Shown: positions 17,697-26,346, counted from the first letter of the stretch. The stretch is DNA of 64,000 bases from Thermoanaerobaculia bacterium (GCA_036380715.1 DASVEF010000255.1:6535-70534), one strand, 5' to 3'. Numbers and translations: made by a program. The notes: generated by a model not told the origin, from the letters alone.

Positions 17697-19610
17697 ATGG
17701 CGACGCGAAGAGATCTTCTCAAGCTCGGGCTCGTGGCGGGCGGCGCGGGCCTCCTGCATCCCGGCGGCGCCACGGCGCAGCACAGGGAGCTGATCAAGTT
17801 CCTCTGTCCGCCCGACGACCGGCCGCGGGAGCTCGACGACCAGCCGGCGAGCCCGCCGGCGCGGCCTTTCGTGGCCGAGCTGTTCGTGCCGCCGGTCATG
17901 CCGCCGGTGCCCAGCCTCGACCCGCCGCCCGACCCGCAGGCCCACCAACGCTATCAGGAGTTTCTGCCACAGAAGCTCTACGAGATCCACGAGACCGAAT
18001 TCATCTGGCAGTACCATCCGGACCCGCCGTACGCGTCCGGCAGCTACTCGTGGGGTTTTCAGGCGGGGAACCTGCCGCCGAGCACGCCCGGCCCCACCTA
18101 CCAGGCGCGCTACGGGGAGCCCGTCCTCGTGCGCCGGGTCAACAACCTGCCAACGGTGGGGCACGCCAACGTCTTCTGGGCGCTCCCTTCGACCACGAGC
18201 CACCTCCACAACGGCCACACGGCCTCGGAGAGCGACGGCAACCCCGTGGACTGGATCGACTCCGGCGAGTTCTGGGACCATCACTACGCCAATTTCCCCG
18301 CCGGGTTCAATCCCCTCGAGAAGCTCACCACGCTCTGGTATCACGATCACCGCCTCGACTTCACGGCGGCCAATGTGTACGCGGGCCTGGCCGGCTTCTA
18401 TCTCCTTTTCGACGAGGACGACACCGGCGACGAGACCACGGGCTGGCGGCTCCCCAGCTTCCCGCAGTACGACATCCCCCTGCTCTTCCAGGACATCAAG
18501 TTCAAGGAGGCCGACGGCGGCGCGCAGGTCGTCTTCGACGCCTGGAACACGGACGGCATGCTGGGCGACCGCATGACGGTCAACCGGCGGATCACGCCAT
18601 TCTTCCGCGTCGAGGCGCGCAAGTACCGCTTCCGTATGCTCAACGGCGGGCCCTCGCGTTTCTACGAGCTGTTCCTGCGCTCCGACCGCAAGGTGGACGG
18701 CACCGACACCCCGCCGTTCATCGCCATCACCGGCGACGGCAACTTCCTGCCGCAGCCGGTCGTCACCCAGAGCCTCTTCCTCGCCGTGGGGCAGCGGGCC
18801 GACGTCATCCTCGACTTCTCCCACTACAGGCCGGGCGACCATGTCTACCTCCACAACCTGCTCGCCCAGACGAACGGCGCCGGGCCTTCGGGAGCCCGGC
18901 TCGACTTCGCGGACCCGCAGAGCTTCCTCATGCGCTTCGACGTGGTGGAGGCCCGAGAGCCGGACCGCAGCCGGATCCCGGACTACTTCCGCCCTCTGCC
19001 GGCGGTTGATCTCAGCGAGGTCCGGAGATACCGGACCTGGACGTTCGACTACCAGGGCGGCCTGTGGACGATCAACAGCAGGGTCATGGATCCCAACCGC
19101 ATCGACGCCGGCATTGATCAGAACAGCGCCGAAATCTGGACGTTCCGCAACGGCGGCCGCAACTGGTCGCACCCGATCCACAGCCATTTCGTGGAGTTCC
19201 TGCTGCTTGAGGTCAACGGCAGGCCGTACAAGCCCACTCAGATTACGGACATCGAAAACCGCGAGCTGACGTTGGTCGAGTACTTCCAACTGTCGCCGGA
19301 GCGGCGCAAGCCCATCCAGTCGTTCTTCGGCGGCAAGCGCAGGGATATCGCCGTCCTGCTCCCGGAAGACGAGGTCAAGGTCTACATGCGGTGGCCGGAC
19401 TTCCTGGGCAAGTACGTCATGCACTGCCACAACGTGGTCCATGAGGACCACGCCATGATGATCCGTTGGGACATCGTCGAGCCGGGCAAAGGCTTCGATA
19501 CGCCGCGGGACGTTCCAGCGGGGCCGCCGCACGTCGAGGAGCGGCCCGCCAGCCCGACGATCCAGGACAGCGGCGAGGGATCGAACGATGGAGGAGGGCC
19601 GGAGTCATGA
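17697..19610 (+). CDS. Multicopper oxidase (CotA / bilirubin-oxidase-like), Tat-exported
   Basis: The Tat signal is MATRRDLLKLGLVAGGAG. All four copper-ligand motifs are present: HLHNGH, WYHDH, HPIHSH and HCHNVVHEDHAMM. GGAGGAGG precedes the ATG. Confidence 0.9.
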   Translation: MATRRDLLKLGLVAGGAGLLHPGGATAQHRELIKFLCPPDDRPRELDDQPASPPARPFVAELFVPPVMPPVPSLDPPPDPQAHQRYQEFLPQKLYEIHETEFIWQYHPDPPYASGSYSWGFQAGNLPPSTPGPTYQARYGEPVLVRRVNNLPTVGHANVFWALPSTTSHLHNGHTASESDGNPVDWIDSGEFWDHHYANFPAGFNPLEKLTTLWYHDHRLDFTAANVYAGLAGFYLLFDEDDTGDETTGWRLPSFPQYDIPLLFQDIKFKEADGGAQVVFDAWNTDGMLGDRMTVNRRITPFFRVEARKYRFRMLNGGPSRFYELFLRSDRKVDGTDTPPFIAITGDGNFLPQPVVTQSLFLAVGQRADVILDFSHYRPGDHVYLHNLLAQTNGAGPSGARLDFADPQSFLMRFDVVEAREPDRSRIPDYFRPLPAVDLSEVRRYRTWTFDYQGGLWTINSRVMDPNRIDAGIDQNSAEIWTFRNGGRNWSHPIHSHFVEFLLLEVNGRPYKPTQITDIENRELTLVEYFQLSPERRKPIQSFFGGKRRDIAVLLPEDEVKVYMRWPDFLGKYVMHCHNVVHEDHAMMIRWDIVEPGKGFDTPRDVPAGPPHVEERPASPTIQDSGEGSNDGGGPES

Positions 19611-20266
19611 AAGACCGCAGAGAGCTGATCACGGGAGGCGTGGGAGCGATCTCCGAGATCGCCCTCGGAGCGCCGGCCGAAGAGAGGTGCGTCCGTCCTG
19701 GCCGGGGGCCCAACGCCGACTATTTTCCCAACGTGGTGGTCCATACGCACCAGGGCCAACGGGCACTCTTCTACGACGACCTGCTGACCGGCCGGACCGT
19801 CCTGGTCCATTGCATGTCCATCGCGACCGAGCCCGTCTATCGCTCGGTCGAGAGGCTGGCTCGGGTGCAGCCGTTCCTGGGCGACCGCCGCGGCCGCGAG
19901 GTCTTCATCTACTCCCTGACCGTCGACCCCCAGCGCGACACGCCCCGGGCGCTGCGGGACTTCGCGGAGCGGATCGGGGTGCGGTCCGGATGGCTGTTCC
20001 TGACCGGCGCGCCGACGGACATGGAGCTGTTGCGGTCGCGGCTCTTCGTCCGCGGCGCGCCCCACCACCACAGCGCCGGACCCGGCGAGGACTGCTCCAT
20101 GGGGCTCGCCCGCTACGGCAACGCCGCGGTCGGCCTGTGGGGCTCGGTCCCGGCGCAGGCGAACCCGGAGTGGATTGCCCGGCGGCTCGCCTGGGTCCAG
20201 CCGCGCGAGCGTCCGGCCGGGCCGCCCCGGCGCCGCGGCCCGGGTCCGCAAGGAGCACCGGCATGA
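19607..20266 (+). CDS. SCO/TlpA-like thioredoxin-fold protein lacking the CxxxC copper motif
   Basis: The ATG at 19607 overlaps the MCO stop (ATGA). The N-terminus is Tat-like (MKDRRELITGG). SCO-like blocks are present (TVLVHCMSIATEPVYRSV where SCO1 has CPDVCP; IYSLTVDPQRDTPRALRDFAERIG). Confidence 0.7.
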   Translation: MKDRRELITGGVGAISEIALGAPAEERCVRPGRGPNADYFPNVVVHTHQGQRALFYDDLLTGRTVLVHCMSIATEPVYRSVERLARVQPFLGDRRGREVFIYSLTVDPQRDTPRALRDFAERIGVRSGWLFLTGAPTDMELLRSRLFVRGAPHHHSAGPGEDCSMGLARYGNAAVGLWGSVPAQANPEWIARRLAWVQPRERPAGPPRRRGPGPQGAPA

Positions 20267-22122
20267 ACGTATCGAGCCGTTTCGCCAAACCTCTCAGGCT
20301 CGCCCTCGTCCTGGGGCTGGCCGGAGCCGCGCTGTCCCTCTCGCAGCCGTCGCCGCAGCCGGCTCCGGAATGGAATTACCTGCCCTGCCCCTATCCCGGC
20401 TCGCCGGGGTATCCGCCCCTCAAAGGCATCTGCCATCCGTATCCGCAGCCGCGGCCCAAGCCGTCGCAGCAGACCACGACCGGTTGCCCGGGCGACTGCT
20501 TCACTCAGGTGGCGACCGGCGAGGGCATTTATCCGCCCAGCAATCCGTTCAACTACAAGACCTTCCCTGGGACCAACTTCCTGCCCACGATCTACACCAA
20601 CATGTTCGACGGCACCGGTGCCGAGATGCCCAATACCCTCCCGTCGACGCCTGACAACCCGTACAACCTGCACGACGGCGATCCGGTCATCTCGCAGATC
20701 AATCCGACCTCGCCCGAGGACGACCTGCGCAATCTGTTCAACATCGTCATCCACCGGGGCTCGGAAGAGGTCTCGGGCCCCGGCGAGGAGGCCAAGCGGG
20801 AGGCCGTGCGCGCCGCCATCCTGGCGGGGCTGGATATCCTGGAGGGCCGTCCCGTCGCGAACCGCGCCTACAGTGGCCTCCCCCTCCTTCACTACACCGG
20901 CCCGGAGAAGGTCAAGAAGGTGCAGCCGATCAAGGACGAGAGCGGAAACGTGATCGGTGGCAACGTCGACGTCCACCAGGTCTGGTTCGGGCAACGCATC
21001 GAGTCGGACACCGCCTTCCTCGACCTGAGCCAGGTCCAGGACGTCCCCTGGACGATCACCTACACCGTCGACATGCTGAACCGCGGCCGCGACGACTTCT
21101 CTCCGTTCGTCATGTATTTCGACAATCCGAGCCTCGTCCCGGCGGGCACGATGCCGCTGCCTCACGTCGGCATGGACCAATCGTTTTTCAACATGGACGA
21201 GGGGACGCGTACGGTCTTCCGGATCAAGATGACGCTCGGCAAGTACTACAACCTCGTCTACACCTGGGGCTGGAGGATGCACCCGCCGCGCGTCCAGGTC
21301 ATGGAGAACGCCGCCAAGAAGATCAACTATGGGACCTCGCCGCCTCCCGTCTGCCCCGGGCAGTACCAGGGCCTGACGCTGCCGCAGGTCGAGCAGGCCG
21401 TGTTCTGCCCGTCCGGCGATACCGGTTGCACGTCCGTGCGCTGCAAGCCGGGGGAGCCGCGCGCCGGCGCGGACGGCAAGCCGACGCCGTGCGAGAACGC
21501 GATGCTTCACGCGATTGCCCAGATCGGCGAGCTGGCGCCCGAGAAGCGGATGTGGCGCGCCCTGCTCGACGCCCGCACGGCGGCCGACCGCGGAAACCTG
21601 CGGGACGCCGCCGAGATCGTGCGGACGCGGGCGCTGCCCGCCTACTTCGACTGGCTGGACCGCGACGCGCTGCCGGCCGGGGTCGAGCCCGATCCGCATT
21701 CGGACCTCACGATCGTCTACCTGAACAATACGATCTACGGCTGGCTCACGAGCGGGGCTTGGGGCCGCTGGGACGTGTGGGAGGAGCGGCCGAAGACGCT
21801 CAAAGTCACGGCCATAAACGGCGACAACTTCGTGCACTCGTACACGATCGCGGACTTCGGCGGCAACCGCGGTTGGGAAAACCAGTTCAAATCCTCGGTC
21901 AAATTCGCCGGCTCCGGCTGCTGGTTCACGTTCGGCCGCGCCCACTGGTCCATGCCGGTGGGAGGCCCGGCCAACGCGTACGTCTGCGTTCCGCAAGCGC
22001 AGAACGGCAAGCCCGGCCGCCAACGTCTCGAGGTCCAATTCAACTTCGATCCGTCGCGGCGGCTGCGGTTCTATCAGTTCGATCCGATGCACCATGACGT
22101 GGCGATCTTTTCGATTCATTAG
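20263..22122 (+). CDS. Secreted hypothetical protein (619 aa), unknown family
   Basis: The ATG at 20263 overlaps the preceding stop (ATGA). The Sec signal is MNVSSRFAKPLRLALVLGLAGAALSLS. The N-terminal segment is Pro/Cys-rich. I see no recognisable motif. It is embedded in the copper-oxidase operon. Confidence 0.75.
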   Translation: MNVSSRFAKPLRLALVLGLAGAALSLSQPSPQPAPEWNYLPCPYPGSPGYPPLKGICHPYPQPRPKPSQQTTTGCPGDCFTQVATGEGIYPPSNPFNYKTFPGTNFLPTIYTNMFDGTGAEMPNTLPSTPDNPYNLHDGDPVISQINPTSPEDDLRNLFNIVIHRGSEEVSGPGEEAKREAVRAAILAGLDILEGRPVANRAYSGLPLLHYTGPEKVKKVQPIKDESGNVIGGNVDVHQVWFGQRIESDTAFLDLSQVQDVPWTITYTVDMLNRGRDDFSPFVMYFDNPSLVPAGTMPLPHVGMDQSFFNMDEGTRTVFRIKMTLGKYYNLVYTWGWRMHPPRVQVMENAAKKINYGTSPPPVCPGQYQGLTLPQVEQAVFCPSGDTGCTSVRCKPGEPRAGADGKPTPCENAMLHAIAQIGELAPEKRMWRALLDARTAADRGNLRDAAEIVRTRALPAYFDWLDRDALPAGVEPDPHSDLTIVYLNNTIYGWLTSGAWGRWDVWEERPKTLKVTAINGDNFVHSYTIADFGGNRGWENQFKSSVKFAGSGCWFTFGRAHWSMPVGGPANAYVCVPQAQNGKPGRQRLEVQFNFDPSRRLRFYQFDPMHHDVAIFSIH

Positions 22123-25100
22123 CCGATCGGCCTGCCTTGCCGCCGCAGCGCTCTGCGCACCGGCGTTCGGCCAGCAGCCCTACGTCCGCTCGGTCGCCGA
22201 GCCCACGCCGCCGGACGTGGTCCTGGTGGACATGGATGGAACGAGAGCTCCGCTCCGCGCTGTGATCGACGAGCCGGGGCCGGTTTTCCTGCAATTCATC
22301 TTCACCACCTGCCCGACCGTCTGCCCGGCGCTCAGTGCGACGTTCGCCGCAACCCAGGGCCGCGCCGACGTCCGCTTGGTCTCGATCTCCATCGATCCGG
22401 AGCACGACACGCCGGAACGCCTGCGGGAGTACGCCCGCCGCTTTCAGGCCGGGCCGCGATGGCGGTTCCTGACCGGGAGGCTGGAGGACGTCGTCGCGGT
22501 GCAGAAGGCTTTCGAGGTCTACCGCAGCGACAAGATGCAGCACGAGCCTTCGACGTTCCTCCGCGCCGCGCCGGACGAACCATGGTTGCGGCTCACCGGA
22601 CAGGTCGGCCCGGCGGACCTGATCGCCGAGCTCCAGCGGCTGATGGCCGCGGGGCCCGATCCGGAGCTGGGCCGGCGGATCTATCGGGAGGGGCTCGTGC
22701 CGTCGGGAGAGCCCTTGCGCGCCAGGCTTCCGGAAGACGTGGAGCTCGCCGGTCCGCACCTGGCCTGCTCGTCCTGCCACCGCCGCAGCGGGTTCGGGGC
22801 GAGCGAGGGAGGGACCTTGGTTCCGCCGGTGACCGGCCCGTTGCTCTTCGAGCCCCGGCGTCTGGAGCGGGCCGACCTTTTCCGCGAGCTCTACCAGGAG
22901 GTGCAGTCGAAGACCTATGAGGCCAGGGTGCGCGATCCGCGGTTGCGCCCGGCCTATACCGGCGCCAGCCTCGCCCACGCCGTCCGGGACGGCCTCGATC
23001 CCGCCGGACGGCAGCTCGACTCGTTGATGCCGCGCTACCGTCTGAGCGACGAGGACATGGGCCACCTGACCGCCTATCTGCGGACCTTGTCGGCCGCTCC
23101 CTCTCCGGGAGTCGACGCGGAAGCGATCCACTTCGCGGCCGTGTTCACGGGAGGTGTGCCCTCTGCCGAGCGCCAGGCCATGCTCGCGGTGATGGAGGCC
23201 TTCTTCCGGCGGAAGAACGCCGACACCGAGGGCCTCCGGCGCCATGCGGGCGGCTCTCCCTGGTACAAGGACGATCTCGCGGCGGGGTTCCGGAAGTGGG
23301 TCCTCCACGTGTGGGATCTCCAGGGACCGGCGGCGACCTGGCGCGGACAGCTCGAGGCGCACGTCCGGGAACAGTCCGTCTTCGCGCTCCTCTCTGGAGC
23401 CGGGGAGTGGGGGCCGGTGCACGACTTCTGCGAGCGGAACGAGGTGCCGTGCCTGTTCCCGAGCACGCTCCTGCCGGCCGCCTCGCCGGGCGCGTATACG
23501 CTCTACCTCAGCCGCGGCCTCATCGGCGACGCCGAAGCCCTCGCCCGGTACCTGACGGAGCCTCTGACGGACAAGGCGGGCAACGCAGGGCCTGCGCGGG
23601 TCGTCCAGGTCTACCGGAAGACCGAAGAGGGGCTCGCGCCGGCGCGGGCGCTGCGGGCGGCGCTCGCGGACCGGGCGCACGTCGAGGATCTCGGGATTGC
23701 CGCCGAGGCCCGGATCCCTGCTGCCCTCCGGTCCAACCTCGGCCGGCTTTCCGGCCGCAAGCCCGCCGCCGACCTCGTCCTGTGGCTGAACGGCCGGGAC
23801 GTGGCGGCGCTCACCGCCCTCCTGGCGGCGCCGGAGGCGCTCGCCGGGTTCCGGCAGGTCATCCTCTCCTACGACCTCCTGGAGCCCGATCTGCCGGCGC
23901 TCCCGGCGGTCCTGCGCGACAAGATCCGTCTGATTTATCCCTACACCCTGCCTGGGAAAGAGGGGCCGCACGTCTTCCGCGCCCGGGCCTGGCTCCGCTC
24001 CCGCGGCATCGCCAGGACGCACGAGCGCGTGCAGCTCAACACCTGGTTCACCCTCTCCCTCGCCGAGCACGCCCTCGATCACCTCGCCGGCAGCTTCTCC
24101 CGCGACTTCTTCGTCGAAAGCGTCGAGCGGGAGGCCGAAGTCGAACTCAACCCCGGAGTCTTTCCCCGCCTGAGCCTCGGCCCCGGCCAGCGCTTCGCCT
24201 CCAAGGGGAGCTATGTCGTCAGGCTCGACGAGAACGCTCCGGGCGGGCTCGCGCCGGTCGGCGAGTGGATCGTGCCCTAACTGCCAGAGCGGGTCGGCTT
24301 TTTCACCGGCCCGCTCCAGCAGGCGGTCGAGGTCCGGCCGCTGCAAGAGGCGCCCGCGCAGGACCACCGCCCCAATGCGTCCGACGTTGCGGACGTCGGC
24401 GAGCGGATCGCCTTCCAGGAGCACGAGGTCGGCGACCTTGCCGAGGGCGATCGTGCCGAGCGTATCCGCCGCGTTCAACAGACGCGCTGGCTCCGCCGTC
24501 GCCGCCTGAAGCGCCTCCATTGGGCTCAGGCCCGCCGCGACCAGGAGACCGATCTCGTCGTGGACGGAAAAGCCGGGCAGCACGTCCCTCCCGGCGAGAT
24601 CGGAGCCCACGGCGATGGCCACCCCGGCGTCGTGCATCCGCCGGGTCATCTCCAGGCCGAGCTCCACGAACTTCTGGCGCCGGGCGACGACCTCCGGGGT
24701 ACGGTCCCGCTCGGTGATCGGGAACGCGACATCCCAGTACTTCCGCAGGGAAGGAGGCACGTACCGCAGCCGAGGGTCCGGATTGGCGGCTAGCTCTCCG
24801 CGCCGGGTCCGCAGGTCATAGGCGATGATCGTAGGGACGAACGCCGTGCCGTTCCGCACGAAGATCTTCGCCAGGCGCGGCACCTCCTCCGCCACCCACC
24901 GGGGCATCGCCTCCAGGGCCGCGGCCTCATTGGAAAAGCGGCGCGTGTACGTGCCCTCGATCAGCGTCGCGATGTGCTCGACGCTGCGCTGGCCCGCCTC
25001 CGCGGCCTCCGCCGGCTCCACCGTCATCGGGACGTGTCCCGCGAACGGCATGCCTCGCCGCCGCGCCTCCTCGGCCAGCGCGAAGAAGGCGTCCCGGGGC

Positions 25101-25675
25101 ACGGCGTTGTGGATCTTGATCAGATCGACGCCGAGCTCCTGGAGGCGGGCGACGGCCGCCCGCGCCCCCTCCGGATTCGTGATGGTCAGCCGGTGCGGGA
25201 TATCGGGTTTGGGACCGTCGACGGTGGGACCCGCACGGAAGATGCGCGGCCCCACGAGCTCTCCCTTGTCGATGCGGGCGCGCCAAGCTTCCAGGACGTC
25301 CAGCTCGCCGCCCATGTCCCGCACGGCCGTGACCCCGTTGGCGACCAGCACCCCGAGAGTCGTCTCGTCGCCGTAGGTCACGTGAGCGTGAGCGTCCCAG
25401 AGTCCGGGGATGAGGAACCGCCCGCGTCCCTGCACCACCTGAGCGCCCGGAGGCGCCTTCAACGTGGCCGCGTCTCCGATCTCCTGAACGACTCCGGAGC
25501 GCACCAGCACCGACGCGTGCGGGCGGGGAGGCGCTCCCGTGCCGTCGATCAGGACGACGTCCTGCAGGAGGAGCGCCGGAGCGCCGGCCGGACGGTCGGG
25601 CCGGGTGGATCGACCTGCGCAGGCGCCGAGCGCGAGGCTGAGCACGAGCGCGGATGCTGCCCTGTGATAGATCAC
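22040..25675 (-). CDS. Amidohydrolase-family protein; only about 24290-25675 is homologous and the ORF has no stop at the expected end
   Basis: GTG 25675 follows GGAGGA. The signal/lipobox is LSLALGAC. Amidohydrolase motifs are GLWDAHAHV, HVPMTVEPAE and AIAVGSDL. The domain ends near LLERAGEKADPLWQ (about 24290), but the first in-frame stop is at 22040, which is 2.2 kb antisense into the SCO/cytochrome gene (see finding). Confidence 0.6.
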   Translation of the reverse strand: MIYHRAASALVLSLALGACAGRSTRPDRPAGAPALLLQDVVLIDGTGAPPRPHASVLVRSGVVQEIGDAATLKAPPGAQVVQGRGRFLIPGLWDAHAHVTYGDETTLGVLVANGVTAVRDMGGELDVLEAWRARIDKGELVGPRIFRAGPTVDGPKPDIPHRLTITNPEGARAAVARLQELGVDLIKIHNAVPRDAFFALAEEARRRGMPFAGHVPMTVEPAEAAEAGQRSVEHIATLIEGTYTRRFSNEAAALEAMPRWVAEEVPRLAKIFVRNGTAFVPTIIAYDLRTRRGELAANPDPRLRYVPPSLRKYWDVAFPITERDRTPEVVARRQKFVELGLEMTRRMHDAGVAIAVGSDLAGRDVLPGFSVHDEIGLLVAAGLSPMEALQAATAEPARLLNAADTLGTIALGKVADLVLLEGDPLADVRNVGRIGAVVLRGRLLQRPDLDRLLERAGEKADPLWQLGHDPLADRREPARSVLVEPDDIAPLGGEALAGAEAQAGKDSGVEFDFGLPLDAFDEEVAGEAAGEVIEGVLGEGEGEPGVELHALVRPGDAAGAEPGPGAEDVRPLFPRQGVGINQTDLVAQDRRERRQIGLQEVVGEDDLPEPGERLRRRQEGGERRHVPAVQPQDEVGGGLAAGKPAEVGPEGSRDPGLGGNPEILDVRPVRERRPQRPRRREPLFGLPVDLDDPRRPCVARLVRQRLRQVPGEGFGVADEAAAEVERIRARRGGRQERAREQARHLVPLAEVVHRPPLPGSREEREDGLFPDVRLELSAPGRRRSLEIPHVEDPLPEPRREIVLVPGRAARMAPEALGVGVLPPEEGLHHREHGLALGRGHTSREHGREVDRFRVDSRRGSGRQGPQIGGQVAHVLVAQTVARHQRVELPSGGIEAVPDGVGEAGAGIGRAQPRIAHPGLIGLRLHLLVELAEKVGPLQTPGLEEQRAGHRRNQGPSLARPEPAAAVAGRAGQVRTGELHVFRKPGAQGLSRRHEPLPIDPPAQLRIGPRGHQPLELGDQVRRADLSGEPQPWFVRRGAEERRRLVLHLVAAVDLESLLHRDDVLQPPGQEPPSRPGLKAAGVLPQAFRRVVLRIDGDRDQADVGAALGCGERRTERRADGRAGGEDELQENRPRLVDHSAERSSRSIHVHQDHVRRRGLGDRADVGLLAERRCAERCGGKAGRSANESKRSPRHGASDRTDRTAAAATDRS
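22094..24280 (+). CDS. Fusion protein: SCO1/SenC domain + c-type cytochrome motif + periplasmic-binding-protein-like domain
   Basis: A signal peptide is followed by a canonical SCO motif (FIFTTCPTVCPAL, SISIDPEHDTPERL). One CxxCH heme site is present (CSSCH). The C-terminal ~450 aa resembles type-1 periplasmic binding proteins, which is a weaker call. The start overlaps the previous gene by 29 nt. Confidence 0.8.
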   Translation: MTWRSFRFISRSACLAAAALCAPAFGQQPYVRSVAEPTPPDVVLVDMDGTRAPLRAVIDEPGPVFLQFIFTTCPTVCPALSATFAATQGRADVRLVSISIDPEHDTPERLREYARRFQAGPRWRFLTGRLEDVVAVQKAFEVYRSDKMQHEPSTFLRAAPDEPWLRLTGQVGPADLIAELQRLMAAGPDPELGRRIYREGLVPSGEPLRARLPEDVELAGPHLACSSCHRRSGFGASEGGTLVPPVTGPLLFEPRRLERADLFRELYQEVQSKTYEARVRDPRLRPAYTGASLAHAVRDGLDPAGRQLDSLMPRYRLSDEDMGHLTAYLRTLSAAPSPGVDAEAIHFAAVFTGGVPSAERQAMLAVMEAFFRRKNADTEGLRRHAGGSPWYKDDLAAGFRKWVLHVWDLQGPAATWRGQLEAHVREQSVFALLSGAGEWGPVHDFCERNEVPCLFPSTLLPAASPGAYTLYLSRGLIGDAEALARYLTEPLTDKAGNAGPARVVQVYRKTEEGLAPARALRAALADRAHVEDLGIAAEARIPAALRSNLGRLSGRKPAADLVLWLNGRDVAALTALLAAPEALAGFRQVILSYDLLEPDLPALPAVLRDKIRLIYPYTLPGKEGPHVFRARAWLRSRGIARTHERVQLNTWFTLSLAEHALDHLAGSFSRDFFVESVEREAEVELNPGVFPRLSLGPGQRFASKGSYVVRLDENAPGGLAPVGEWIVP

Positions 25676-25880
25676 GGTTCCTCCTTCGTGCCCGCCGTCC
25701 GAAACGACGGAGCGGCGCCCATTCTAGAACTCTGACGCCGCCAGTAGCGCGCGGACCGCGGCGGAAGGGTGCCGGAACGGCCGCGCCGGAAAGTGGCCCT
25801 CCGCGGCTGGCGCGGGACACGCCGCTGTCGGGATACGGGACATGGCGGGACGGAAGCGCGCCGCCACCAGTCCGGCCTGC

Positions 25881-26006
25881 GAGCGGACGCGGAACGCGGC
25901 CGAGCCGGTGTGGGACACAGAGGAGCGGACGCGGAACACGCACGAGCCGGCGCGGGACACGGCGGAGCCGGCGCGGAACACCCGCGTCGCGGCGCGGGAC
26001 GCGAAT
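25881..26006. repeat. Six tandem copies of a degenerate 21-bp repeat
   Basis: Units start at 25881, 25902, 25923, 25944, 25965 and 25986. The consensus is GAGCCGGCGCGGGACACGGCG. Further GGGAC/GGAAC motifs flank the array in both orientations (25814-25860, 26021-26100). Confidence 0.8.
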
Positions 26007-26346
26007 TTGCCGGAGCGGTTGTCCCGCGTCCCTTCCGCCGCCTCCCGCGCCGCCTTCACGGAGGCCTGCGCCGCAGCCGCGGCGTTCCGCGCCGGCACGA
26101 CCGCCGTCTGCATATCGGCGCGCGATGTCCGCGTTCTGGCGCCGGGCACGCGCGCCGGAACGTAGGCGCCGTGCGCCCCTTCCGCCGCGTCCCCCCGCCG
26201 TTCGCGGACAGTCCGCGCGCGTCAGCCGGTGCCGCGCTTCCTGTACCAGGTGGTGCGATTCCCGGCAGACCGCGGATACGCTCGTTTCCGAGTCTCAGCG
26301 CAACTACCTTTCTGGGCCTGCGCTAGAATCCCAAAGAGGAGGCTGT

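Noticed and set aside
17466-19532. Very long ORFs antisense to clearly homologous genes. Examples are 17466..19532(-) opposite the multicopper oxidase, 20113..22119(-), 3196..5256(-), 37758..40103(-), 47107..49161(-), 52809..54591(-), 9219..9890(-), and the Arg/Pro/Gly-rich alternative frames on the same strand.
   Set aside because: High GC suppresses stop codons in off-frames. The translations are low-complexity (R/P/G/A-rich) with no motifs, and the opposite or alternative frame carries unmistakable family signatures.
25654-26346. ORFs translating the 21-bp repeat region as heptad-repeat proteins (25842..26165 plus strand, 25724..26149 minus strand, 25654..26541).
   Set aside because: Both strands and several frames are open. 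The products are Arg/Ala-rich low-complexity sequence with no start context. Only the last 64 codons of 25654..26541 (hicB, with its own SD and ATG) look genuine.
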